This document shows positions 19,026 to 28,275 of a stretch of DNA of 64,000 nt, in pieces. The DNA is taken from the NCBI GenBank assembly GCA_021779375.1, contig JAJYAT010000004.1, positions 34,884 to 98,883 on the forward strand, given 5' to 3'. The DNA comes from a bacterium. Its GTDB lineage: Bacteria; Patescibacteriota; Gracilibacteria; JAHISY01. A program made the position numbers and the translations under genes. The number at the start of each line of letters is the position of its first letter. Position 1 is the first letter of the stretch. Below the pieces are notes generated by a model. It worked only from the letters and a program-made list of their open reading frames with translations. It searched no databases and was not told the origin of the DNA.

Positions 19026-20444
19026 TTACAGTCCCATTTCTTTTTTGACTGCGTTCACGTGGCGGATGAGCGCTTCGTTTTTTTGGAGTTCGCGTGAGAT
19101 TTTGCGGACGGAATGCAGCACGGTCGAATGGTCGCGCTGGAAATTTTGCGCAATCTCCGCGAGGCCGCAGCCGAGAATTTCACGAGCGAGATACATCGCG
19201 ATTTGGCGGGCAGTCAAAAATTCTTTTTTGCGAGATTCGCCGCGGATCGCTTCGGTCGAGAGATTGAAATGTTTGGCGACGAGCTCAATCATCTCAGCGG
19301 GCGTGTTGATTGAGAGCTCCGGTGTCTTTTCGGGCAAGCCGAGCATGCGCTCTTTTTTATTGACCTTGCCGAGCATCTTGCCGAGCTCGCGGACGGTCGG
19401 CTGAGTCTTTAGCAAATCGGTCTGCGCGATGGACCAAGCCAGTGCGGACTCGAGGCTGCGCACAGAATCCGAGACATTTAGCGCGATGAATTCGAGCAGC
19501 TCGGGATCGAGGATGGCGCGGCGTTCACGCGTTTTGGATTTGAGAATTTCGAGGCGCGACTGGAAGCTCGGCTGTTCGATCTCGGCGATCAAGCCCCAGG
19601 TCAGGCGACTGCGCAAGCGGTCGACAATCGCGGTGAGCTCGGACGGCGGGCGATCGCTCGTGAAGACGATTTGTTTGCCGGCACCGTGCAGCTCATTGAA
19701 AATATTGAAAAGCTCGGTCTGAGTCTTGTCGCGATTCTCGAGGAATTGGACATCGTCGAAAAGCAAGACATCGACGTCGCGGTATTTTTTCTTGAATTCG
19801 TCCGCCTGGAATTTTTTGGAAGCTTCGACGAATTCGCGTGTGAAAATTTCAGCGTTGGTGAAAGCGACGACTTTGTTGGGATTGTTGGTCAGGACTTCGT
19901 GACCAATCGCGGAGAGTAGGTGCGTCTTGCCGAGACCGACTCCGCCGTAAATCACGAGTGGGTTGTAAGTCATGCCGGGAGCGCGCGCGACAGAAAGTGC
20001 CGCGGCGTGCGCGAGGCGGTTCTCCGCACCGGGTACGAAATTCGCGAGCGTGAAGCGCGGATTAAGTTTGGCGGAGAGAATGCCCGAACGGGTCAAGATG
20101 ACTTCTTCGCGTCCGCGGGCTTTGTAAATTTTCTTGTCGTTCGGTTTGGCGAAAACCGCGCGCAGGTCAATTGTGCGCGGATCGATGCCATCACTCAGGG
20201 CTGCGTCGACATCGAAGGTGACTTCTTTGATCGCGGAGTTTTCTTCCTCGGCGGCCTGTAAAATTTTGATGGCGTATTTCTGAGCAATCCAGTCACGCGC
20301 AAAATTCGTCGGCGTGCCGACGACGAGCGTGTCATTTTCGAGCGAGAGTGCGGCGGTATTTTGGAACCAAGTCAAAAACTGCGAACGGGAGATAGTCGGC
20401 TCAAGGCGGCGCAAAATCGAAAGCCAAAAATTTTTGTAATCCAT
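19026..20444 (-). CDS. dnaA: Chromosomal replication initiator DnaA
   Basis: LNPRFTL.NFV.G..N, YNPL.IYGGVGLGKTHL, DDVQFL, SDRPP, RLRSRL.WGL, ARQIAMYL, RDHSTVLH. Confidence 0.97.
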   Translation of the reverse strand: MDYKNFWLSILRRLEPTISRSQFLTWFQNTAALSLENDTLVVGTPTNFARDWIAQKYAIKILQAAEEENSAIKEVTFDVDAALSDGIDPRTIDLRAVFAKPNDKKIYKARGREEVILTRSGILSAKLNPRFTLANFVPGAENRLAHAAALSVARAPGMTYNPLVIYGGVGLGKTHLLSAIGHEVLTNNPNKVVAFTNAEIFTREFVEASKKFQADEFKKKYRDVDVLLFDDVQFLENRDKTQTELFNIFNELHGAGKQIVFTSDRPPSELTAIVDRLRSRLTWGLIAEIEQPSFQSRLEILKSKTRERRAILDPELLEFIALNVSDSVRSLESALAWSIAQTDLLKTQPTVRELGKMLGKVNKKERMLGLPEKTPELSINTPAEMIELVAKHFNLSTEAIRGESRKKEFLTARQIAMYLAREILGCGLAEIAQNFQRDHSTVLHSVRKISRELQKNEALIRHVNAVKKEMGL

Positions 20445-20578
20445 CGGAAGGAGGGAGACCCAATTTACAAAATTTTTTCTCCGAAAGCGATTGACCCACC
20501 TCACCGGAAGTCGCAGAATAACCAAAAGCGACTCGCCAAATTCTCCAAAAAAACCCTTAATCATTTAACAAAACTTTT

Positions 20579-22663
20579 ATGCGAGGAATCGAATTCGTGG
20601 CTTTGGATTGCGAAACAACCGGTATCGATTCGCGGCGAGATAACATCATCGAGTTGGGTGCGGTCAAGTTTTCACTTGCCCAAAATCTCGCTAGCTTCGA
20701 TTCGCTTTTTTATTCTCCGACACGAATTCCTCAATTTGTCGAGCAGCTGACCGGCATCCAAAATTCCGATCTCGCGGATGCGCCTAAATTTCCTGACAAA
20801 AAAAATGAGATTGAAAACTTCCTGACGGACTCTATTCTCGTCGGGCACAATCTGCCGTTTGATCTCGATTTCCTGACGACGGCGGGACTCGATTTTTCTG
20901 GTCGCACCACGCTCGATACTTTCCTGCTTGCCGGTTTGATTTTGCCGCGCGGCGAATCACTCGGTCTCGAGAGCTTGGCGCAGAAATTTCAAATTTTTCA
21001 CGAAGATGCGCACCGTGCGCTCGCTGACGCCGAGGCGACCCGCGAGCTTTTGCGTGTGCTCACGGCGCTCGCTCGGAATTTTTCCGCTGAAAAATGGGAA
21101 CGCATTCGAAATCTCAATTCCGCAAAAGGCTGGCCGCAAATTTTTGCCGAATTAGTTTTGAGTTCGGCAATTCCGCCGCGTGAATTCGAAAACGCTCCCG
21201 TCGCGGACTCCGCGGTGCGCGATTCGGTTGTCGAAAAATTATTTACCGAACTTTCCGGTGATGCGAAGCTGATCGAAGTCTCCGCTCAGCCCAACGAAAT
21301 TCTGGCTGCTGCGGAAAAATTAAATCAGCCGAGCGTGATTTTTTTCGCCTCAAATTTCACCGCGCGGGAATTGCCGGCTGCGCAATTTTTCGCGCCGCAA
21401 AATTACGTCGATGCGCAGAAGTTGGAAAAATTTCTGAGTAAAAAATTAACACCAACCGAGCTCACGCTCGCTGCCAAATTGATTCTCCATTCGGACAAAA
21501 ATCGGCACGAGCTCAATCTCACGCGCGCCGAAAACTTACTCTTCGATTTTGTCGCCGCGGAAGAAATTTCGGCGAGTTCGAATTCGAAGGTTCTCGTCAG
21601 TGACCATGCGGCGTTTGAATTTGCCGCTGCCGCGCGTCGCCGCATCATTGCGGACGCGGCTACTTTTTCAGAGAGCCGCGCACAGGCAGTTTCACTCGAT
21701 TTGGATTTGTCGAATCTGGAATTGCTCGCTCCGGCGGCGTTCGACAAAATTCAAATTTGGTGGGGTTTGCTCGGTTTACTTTTTCGCGAGGCGGCACCGC
21801 AATTCGGGCGGCTCGATTTCACCGCGGCGAGCGGTTTGGCGAATTTTTCCAAAGTGGTCGAAGCCGGTCAGAATTTGCTCGCAGAAATTTCCGGGGAGCT
21901 GCCGCCGTCGGTTGTGCGCGCCCTGCAAAATTTTCTCGACCCGAATTCCAATTGCGCGAAATCGTTGCGTTCAAACGTGCTTGGTGAGATTACGATTTCC
22001 ATCGAGCCGCGCGCTTTTCTGCCGCTCGATTTTTCCAAAGATTTCCTAATCGACAGTGCAATGGACGCGGCGGATGATTTCACTTTTGCGCGTAGGCAGT
22101 TTGCACTGCCAGCTGATTTTCCGGCGACCAAGACTCCGACTGAGAATGCGCCGCGTTTTTTTGTCGCGGAGAATGCGCCTGATCCAGCCGCGCCGCAATT
22201 TTTTCCGGTGGTCACGAAATTTTTGCTCACGCAGTTGCCGGATTTTTCCGGTCTGACGGCGCTCGTTTTTCCGAATCGCGCTGAGGCGGGTAAATTCGCT
22301 GAGCGCGCGACAGCGGAACTCACACTGCCGATTTTTTTCCGCAAGATTCCGTCAGCGGAAAATTTGCGCGCGCTTGGTCGGGCGGTCGTCATCCTGACGC
22401 CGGGCAGCCGACTGTCGGCTGCCGATTTCGCAAACTACTTCGTGATTAAGCTGCCGTTTTTTGTTTGTGCTGGCGACGATTGGCTGACTCAGACTTTGCC
22501 CGCGACGGTTTTGCGTTTCAAAAAAATGTGGGCGGATTTCGCGCGTCTCGACTCAGCGGTTAATTTTTTCGCGCTGGATTCACGACTGCTGGGCAAAAAT
22601 TACGGTCAGAATTTTCTCGACGCAATTCCACAAAAATTTGAGGGTGTTAAAATTTCAGCGTGA
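20579..22663 (+). CDS. DnaQ-like DEDDh 3'-5' exonuclease fused to a degenerate DinG-type helicase
   Basis: ALDCETTG, GHNLPFD, HRALADA; DinG-like C-terminus (IKLPF, LDSRL..KNYG..F) but no Walker A or DEAH motif. Confidence 0.82.
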   Translation: MRGIEFVALDCETTGIDSRRDNIIELGAVKFSLAQNLASFDSLFYSPTRIPQFVEQLTGIQNSDLADAPKFPDKKNEIENFLTDSILVGHNLPFDLDFLTTAGLDFSGRTTLDTFLLAGLILPRGESLGLESLAQKFQIFHEDAHRALADAEATRELLRVLTALARNFSAEKWERIRNLNSAKGWPQIFAELVLSSAIPPREFENAPVADSAVRDSVVEKLFTELSGDAKLIEVSAQPNEILAAAEKLNQPSVIFFASNFTARELPAAQFFAPQNYVDAQKLEKFLSKKLTPTELTLAAKLILHSDKNRHELNLTRAENLLFDFVAAEEISASSNSKVLVSDHAAFEFAAAARRRIIADAATFSESRAQAVSLDLDLSNLELLAPAAFDKIQIWWGLLGLLFREAAPQFGRLDFTAASGLANFSKVVEAGQNLLAEISGELPPSVVRALQNFLDPNSNCAKSLRSNVLGEITISIEPRAFLPLDFSKDFLIDSAMDAADDFTFARRQFALPADFPATKTPTENAPRFFVAENAPDPAAPQFFPVVTKFLLTQLPDFSGLTALVFPNRAEAGKFAERATAELTLPIFFRKIPSAENLRALGRAVVILTPGSRLSAADFANYFVIKLPFFVCAGDDWLTQTLPATVLRFKKMWADFARLDSAVNFFALDSRLLGKNYGQNFLDAIPQKFEGVKISA

Positions 22664-23505
22664 CGCGTATCTCTTTTCGGCAGCGTAAATTAAACCGATT
22701 TTTCGGTCGGATTTTTTGTCGGCGACGCAAGGAGCATTTGGCGGCGCGTGTTTTTCAATCCGAAAAAAGAGTGAGTAGGTTGCTCACCGTGCGCCAAAAA
22801 GTTTACCTCGTGCTGGCGGTGGCAGCTTTCGGCGCGCTGATTGGTTTCACGCAATTCTCGGGATTTTTCAATATCGAAAAAATCTCCATTGCGCGCAGCA
22901 GTCTTGATTTGCCGCTCGAGCAGATCGAGCTTTCTATTCGCGATCTCGCTTTCGGTAAAAATATTTTTTCACTCAATCAAAATACACTGGCGGCGGCAGT
23001 GCGCGCGGTCCAGCCTGATATCTCGCGTGTCGTGATCCACAAAAAATATCCGCGCGAGATTTCCGTCGAGGTTTTCAAATTTCCGATAGTCGCCGAGCTG
23101 AAGACGAATGCGGAATCAATTTTTTTGAATGAGAACGGTTTTCGCGTGGTCGGGGAGTCGCCTGATCGCGATACGCTTTTGCTGCTCGTGGGAGAGAAGG
23201 TCGATTTCAGCGATCCGACGGTGCGGGTGATTGATCCGGCGCAGCTGACTTTTATTCGCGAGGCGGTTTTTTATTTTGAATCAGTCACAGATCTGAAGGT
23301 TCTGAGTACGCAGTATTTTCCGATTTCGCGCGAAGCACATCTCAAGACCGAAAGTAATTTCGATGTGTGGCTCGATTTCGCAAGCGATTACAAGACTCAG
23401 ATTGATAAGCTGGTCGCGGCAGCGGACGTGCTGAAGCTCGGCAAACAGAAATTTGTGTACATTGATTTGCGTGTGCGCGGAAAAATTTTTTATAAGCTAA
23501 AATAA
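22660..23505 (+). CDS. ftsQ: FtsQ/DivIB-type POTRA cell division protein
   Basis: Single TM, POTRA-like G.NIF...I..V.I.KKYP..I.V, C-terminal YIDLR. Confidence 0.8.
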   Translation: MTRISFRQRKLNRFFGRIFCRRRKEHLAARVFQSEKRVSRLLTVRQKVYLVLAVAAFGALIGFTQFSGFFNIEKISIARSSLDLPLEQIELSIRDLAFGKNIFSLNQNTLAAAVRAVQPDISRVVIHKKYPREISVEVFKFPIVAELKTNAESIFLNENGFRVVGESPDRDTLLLLVGEKVDFSDPTVRVIDPAQLTFIREAVFYFESVTDLKVLSTQYFPISREAHLKTESNFDVWLDFASDYKTQIDKLVAAADVLKLGKQKFVYIDLRVRGKIFYKLK

Positions 23506-23523
23506 GTTTTTAATCTTTTTAAA

Positions 23524-23841
23524 ATGTCTGAAGTTAACCTCACCGCCTCGAATTTCGAGAGCGAAATCAGCACGGGGGTTGTCCTGGTGGATTTTTGGGC
23601 ACCGTGGTGCGGGCCCTGCCAAATGATGCTGCCGGTTGTCGCCGAGATTGCGCAGGAGTTTGCCGGTCGAGTAAAAGTTGGCAAAATTAATATCGACGAG
23701 GAGGGTGAACTCGCGCAAAAATTTGGTGTGATGTCGATTCCGACTTTCAAGATTTTCAAAAACGGCGCGGTCGTTGCGACGGTCGTCGGCGGAATGCCGA
23801 AAGAAAATTTGATTGCGGAATTGCAAAAATTTTTAAGCTAA
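23524..23841 (+). CDS. trxA: Thioredoxin
   Basis: VDFWAPWCGPC, SIPT. Confidence 0.97.
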   Translation: MSEVNLTASNFESEISTGVVLVDFWAPWCGPCQMMLPVVAEIAQEFAGRVKVGKINIDEEGELAQKFGVMSIPTFKIFKNGAVVATVVGGMPKENLIAELQKFLS

Positions 23842-23845
23842 ATCT

Positions 23846-24787
23846 TTGTCTGAGCCGCGCAAGCCCGAAATCGACGTGAACGAGATTCTGCAAAATCTGA
23901 AGAATCAGAATCCCGACGTGACCCAAAAGACGAAAAGTTTCGTGCGTGGGATTATTCTTTTCATCGTGCTCGTGAACGCGCTGCCTTGGTTGCTTCAAAA
24001 TTCCAATAACTCTTTTAATATGCAAGACTTTTCCCCACTTTTCTCCGGTTTTGGCTTGATCGCTCTTGCGATCATCCTGCTCGTTATCTTCATTCGGCAG
24101 ATCAATCAATACGAGCGCGGCGTTCTTTTCACTCTCGGCAAGTATTCCAAGACCGTCGAGCCGGGCTGGCGTATCGTCATTCCGATTTTCCAATCGCTGA
24201 CCAAAGTTGATATTCGCGTGAAGGCGGTCGACGTGCCGGATCAGGAGGCGATGACGAAGGACAATGTTTCCGTGCGCATCAACGCGGTCATTTACTACAA
24301 GGTGAAAGACGCGGCGCGGGCAATCATCGAAGTTGAGAATTTCCGCAATGCCACGGCGCAGCTCGCGCAGACGACGATGCGCAATGTCGTCGGTCAGGTG
24401 CCGCTCGACGATTTGCTAGGTCAGCGCAATGCGGTTTCCATCAAAATAAAAACAATCGTGGACGAGGCGACTGACATGTGGGGGATTGACGTGAGTAATG
24501 TCGAGCTGAAAGACATCGGACTGAATGACGAGATGAAACGCGTGATGGGCAAGCAGGCGGAGGCTGAGCGTGAGAAGCGTGCGGTCATCATCAAAGCCGA
24601 GGGTGAAGTCGCGTCAGCCGAGAACATGGCGAAAGCTGCGAAAATGCTTTCGAGTACTGATGGGGCACTACATTTGCGCACGCTCCAGTCCATCAACGAT
24701 ATTTCCTCGGATCAATCGAATACGACAGTTTGGATGGTGCCGATCGAGGCGCTGCGCGCGCTCGAAAGACTTGGTCTAAAAAAATAA
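23846..24787 (+). CDS. SPFH/slipin (stomatin-like) protein
   Basis: YERGV.F.LG, VD.R....DVP.QE..TKDNV, LAQTT.R, QAEAERE.RA, A..LRTLQ. Confidence 0.92.
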   Translation: MSEPRKPEIDVNEILQNLKNQNPDVTQKTKSFVRGIILFIVLVNALPWLLQNSNNSFNMQDFSPLFSGFGLIALAIILLVIFIRQINQYERGVLFTLGKYSKTVEPGWRIVIPIFQSLTKVDIRVKAVDVPDQEAMTKDNVSVRINAVIYYKVKDAARAIIEVENFRNATAQLAQTTMRNVVGQVPLDDLLGQRNAVSIKIKTIVDEATDMWGIDVSNVELKDIGLNDEMKRVMGKQAEAEREKRAVIIKAEGEVASAENMAKAAKMLSSTDGALHLRTLQSINDISSDQSNTTVWMVPIEALRALERLGLKK

Positions 24788-24791
24788 AAAT

Positions 24792-25196
24792 ATGTTTCGT
24801 CGTTTCAAAATGCATTTAGCCGAAGAAGCTGATGCGCCGAAAGTCGCGCGGCTTTTTCGGGAGCTTGATCGTGATTTGAGCTTGGGTGAGATCGATGACT
24901 TGATTCGTGACAAGCGCGTCGTGCTTTTGCGCAAGAAGAAAAAAACTTTGGGCGCCTTTTCTTTCGCGCGTATTGGTCTCGGAATTTTCGCGCTGCTTTA
25001 TATCCGCAAGCTTGTCATCGACAAAAAATTTCGCGGGCAAGGTTTGGGTGGTCGCGCACTTGCCAAGTTGCGCGTTTTTACGCGCCGCAAAAAAGCGCAG
25101 GGATTTTTTCTCTGGTCGCGCCAATCCGCCAAAAATTTTTACCTCAAAAACAAACTTAAAAATTGGTGGCGTTTTTTTTGGCACCGAGCCGATTAA
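24792..25196 (+). CDS. GNAT family N-acetyltransferase
   Basis: LVIDKKFRGQGLG acetyl-CoA motif and A.NFY. Confidence 0.8.
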   Translation: MFRRFKMHLAEEADAPKVARLFRELDRDLSLGEIDDLIRDKRVVLLRKKKKTLGAFSFARIGLGIFALLYIRKLVIDKKFRGQGLGGRALAKLRVFTRRKKAQGFFLWSRQSAKNFYLKNKLKNWWRFFWHRAD

Positions 25197-25263
25197 CGCG
25201 AATCCTGAAACTAATTCGAGGCTTGAGCCGTGCAGAATTTTCGAATATCTTCAATGCTCTAGG

Positions 25264-25410
25264 GGTAATTTTTAATTCTTAATTTTGTAATTTTTAAATA
25301 AATTTCAATTTCTAATTTTTAAAAATGATTGACTCAACAACCATCCGAACCAATGACTAATGACTCTCCGAACCCAATAACTCAAAGACTTAACAACTTA
25401 ACGACCAATT
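25264..25410. repeat. Stacked degenerate 7/8-mer repeats between convergent genes
   Basis: The ggtaatttt...aaataaatttcaa block resembles 12572-12634; the ccgaaccaatgac block is the reverse complement of the 18684-18838 family. Confidence 0.65.
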
Positions 25411-25433
25411 TCTAGATTTCGAGCTTCGCGTAA

Positions 25434-26519
25434 TTAGCTCAAGCTTTTGAGGAGCTGTTCTTTTTTGAAGTTCTTGATGGAGAGCGCTTTGTCGGTGAAT
25501 TCGCCAATCTTGCGCGAGTAGTTCAGCCCGACTGCCGGTACACCGGTGAGCTGTGCGGCGATGAGCGAGTGCAGGCGCATGCCGATGACGAGGTCAAATT
25601 TTTTCACTGCGCGCAAAATTTCTTCCGCCGACTCCGGCAATGCGAGAGTTTTCCAGGTCGCGGAATTTTTCGTGCGGCGGCGGACTTTTTGCCAGACGGT
25701 GCGGTCGCCAGCTCCGAATTCCGCGAAGAAAATTCGTGCGTGTTTTTTCTCCGTCAGCAGGTCGAGCGCGCGTGCCAGCTCATGCCAAAATCGTGGCTCA
25801 ATTTTCGGAAAGTCGCGCACCGAGACCAAAACCTTCAGCACGCCGCGTTTTTTCACTTCGCGCATTTTTGGCAGGCGCGCTATCAGCCAGAGTGCCGTGT
25901 CGCGACCACTGCGTATTTTGCGCGCCGGGATTCCGCTGCGGGTGAGCTCCGCCTCGCTTGCAGCATCGCGCACGCCGATCCACTCGGTTTTCGCCAGACA
26001 AAAGCGCGTGAATTTGCGCGTCCATTTTTTTTCAAATGGTCCGACGGACTGACCGAGCAAATAAACCGGTTTCCAAAAATACCGCGCGACCAAAATATGC
26101 AGACCCCACAAAAAAACCGCCTGCCAACTTTCCTCGTCGGAAAAGAGTCCGCCGCCGGGGAAGATGATCGCGTCGGCTGTGCGAATTTTCTGCAGGCTGC
26201 GCCACCAATTCATTTTCCAAAAACTGCGCAGTCCCGTCGGAAGCATCGGCAGTGCGTCCACGCCGTGAAAGCGACGCACCAATTTCGGATTGCCGGCGAG
26301 CACGACGACTTTGGCTTTTGGTAATTCTTTGCGAATTTTTTGCAAAAAGCCTGCCAAGATTAATTCATCGCCGACATTGCCAGCGCCGAAACTACCAATC
26401 AAAACTAATTTGGGAGTGGGGCTGTGCGCGCGAATTTTAGAGAAAGGCAATGTGCGTGTGAGCTTAACAATCTCCCAAATTTTCAGTTTTCCAATTTTTG
26501 AGTAAGCACCAGATTTCAA
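25434..26519 (-). CDS. Polysaccharide pyruvyl transferase (CsaB-like); start uncertain
   Basis: GSFGAGNVGDE, GGGLFSD, GQSVGP, VRD..S, IGMRLHSLI. Confidence 0.88.
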   Translation of the reverse strand: MKSGAYSKIGKLKIWEIVKLTRTLPFSKIRAHSPTPKLVLIGSFGAGNVGDELILAGFLQKIRKELPKAKVVVLAGNPKLVRRFHGVDALPMLPTGLRSFWKMNWWRSLQKIRTADAIIFPGGGLFSDEESWQAVFLWGLHILVARYFWKPVYLLGQSVGPFEKKWTRKFTRFCLAKTEWIGVRDAASEAELTRSGIPARKIRSGRDTALWLIARLPKMREVKKRGVLKVLVSVRDFPKIEPRFWHELARALDLLTEKKHARIFFAEFGAGDRTVWQKVRRRTKNSATWKTLALPESAEEILRAVKKFDLVIGMRLHSLIAAQLTGVPAVGLNYSRKIGEFTDKALSIKNFKKEQLLKSLS

Positions 26520-26537
26520 AACCTGAGCAAGCTTGTT

Positions 26538-28265
26538 TTAATTTCCATTGGAAATTTCGGTTACAAATTTCTCGACACTGACGGTTTTCTGTTCTTGCTT
26601 GCCGCGCTCGCGCACCGTGATTTTATTCTCCTGAGCTTCTTTCTCACCGACGATGAGGAGAAAAGGAATTTTCAGCAGCTCACCGTTGCGTACTTTCTTC
26701 GAGAGTGAATCATTCGAGCGGTCGATGCCGACGCGCACATTTTTCGCTTGCAATTCCGCTGTAAATTTTTCCGCCGCTCCCAAAAATTCTGCAGCGACTG
26801 GAATGACGCGCGCGACTTCCGGTTGCAATTCGAGCGGGAGATTGCCAGCGGTGTGCTCGAGCAGGACGGCGAAAAATCTTTCAAATGAGCCGATGATGGC
26901 GCGGTGAATCATGACCGGACGGTGTTTCTCGCCGTCGGCGGCGACGTAATTCAAATCAAATCTCTCCGGCAGATTGAAATCAATCTGGCAGGTGCCGAGT
27001 TGCCAATTGCGCCCGAGTGCGTCTTTCACATTGAACTCAATTTTCGGACCGTAGAACGCCCCTTCGCCTTCTTTCACGCCCCACTTCAAATTTAACTTCC
27101 GCATCGCGCCTTCAAGTGCGACGGTGGATTTTTCCCAAACTTCATCCGAGCCGATGGCTTTCTTCGGCGGGCGCGTCGCGAGGAAGAGTTCGTAATTTTC
27201 AAAACCAAAATGTTTGTAAACATCCGTGGTGTATTCAATAATTTTCACAATCTCTGCTTCTAGTTGTTCTGGCGAGCAAAAAACATGTGCATCGTCCTGA
27301 CGAAATTCGCGCACACGCAGGAGACCGTGCAGAACGCCGGAGAGCTCGAGACGGTGGACGACGCCGAACTCGGCATTCCGGATCGGCAGTTCGCGGTAGC
27401 TCGGAATTTTTTCCGCGAAGAGTAGGCAGCCGCCCGGACAATTCATCGGCTTCACGGCGAACTCGCGTTCTTCGAATTCCGTGAAGTACATATTTTCCTT
27501 GAAATTCTCGTAGTGGCCGGACTGTTTCCAGAGGTCGCTCGAGAGGACAATCGGTGTCGCAATTTCTTGGTAGCCGCGTTTTTCATTTTCGCGCTTCATG
27601 AAATTCATCAAGCCGTCGTAAATAAATTTTCCGCGCGGATGCCAAAAGGCGGCGCCCGGTGCGGCAGCGTGGAAAGAAAATAAATCCAATTTTTTCCCCA
27701 GCTCGCGGTGATCGCGTTTCGCGGCTTCGCGCATTTGCTCCTCCCATTTTTGTAATTCTTCTTTACTCGCGAAAGCGACACCATAGATTCGTTGCAGCTG
27801 GACACGGTCGGAATCACCGCGCCAGTAGCTACCAGAGATGTGCGTGAGTTTCACCGCTTTCAGTTCATTTGTCCCGACGACGTGCGGACCGCGGCAAAGA
27901 TCGACGAAGTTGCCGGTTTTGTAAAAGCTGACTTTTGTTTCGCCCGCTTGTTTCAGATCGGCGACGAGTTCGAGCTTCAAAACCTGCTCGGTTTTTTTCA
28001 AAAAATTTTCCGCTTCAGCAATCGGCTCTTCGTATTTCTCAAATTTCAAATTCTGTTTGATGAGGTGCTGCATTTTTTTCTCGATCAGTCCGAGGTCCTC
28101 AGGAATCAGCGTGCGTGGCAGTAAAAAGTCGTAATAAAAACCGCCCTCAATGGCGGGACCGATACCGAGCTTCGCCTCAGGAAACATTTCGAGCACGGCG
28201 GCGGCGAGGACATGGCTCGCGGAATGGCGCAGTGTCGCGAGGTCGGGGGGAGTTTTGGAATTCAT
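26538..28265 (-). CDS. thrS: Threonine--tRNA ligase (lacks the N-terminal TGS domain)
   Basis: RHSASHVLA, GFYYDF, DLCRGPH, RDHRELG, KPMNCP, GLLRVR.F.QDDAH, GAFYGPK, MIHRA..GS.ERF. Confidence 0.97.
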   Translation of the reverse strand: MNSKTPPDLATLRHSASHVLAAAVLEMFPEAKLGIGPAIEGGFYYDFLLPRTLIPEDLGLIEKKMQHLIKQNLKFEKYEEPIAEAENFLKKTEQVLKLELVADLKQAGETKVSFYKTGNFVDLCRGPHVVGTNELKAVKLTHISGSYWRGDSDRVQLQRIYGVAFASKEELQKWEEQMREAAKRDHRELGKKLDLFSFHAAAPGAAFWHPRGKFIYDGLMNFMKRENEKRGYQEIATPIVLSSDLWKQSGHYENFKENMYFTEFEEREFAVKPMNCPGGCLLFAEKIPSYRELPIRNAEFGVVHRLELSGVLHGLLRVREFRQDDAHVFCSPEQLEAEIVKIIEYTTDVYKHFGFENYELFLATRPPKKAIGSDEVWEKSTVALEGAMRKLNLKWGVKEGEGAFYGPKIEFNVKDALGRNWQLGTCQIDFNLPERFDLNYVAADGEKHRPVMIHRAIIGSFERFFAVLLEHTAGNLPLELQPEVARVIPVAAEFLGAAEKFTAELQAKNVRVGIDRSNDSLSKKVRNGELLKIPFLLIVGEKEAQENKITVRERGKQEQKTVSVEKFVTEISNGN

Positions 28266-28275
28266 ACTCCCGATT

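Noticed and set aside
18620-20578. oriC adjacent to dnaA
   Set aside because: No TTATCCACA-type DnaA boxes were seen in either flanking intergenic region, and dnaN is not adjacent.
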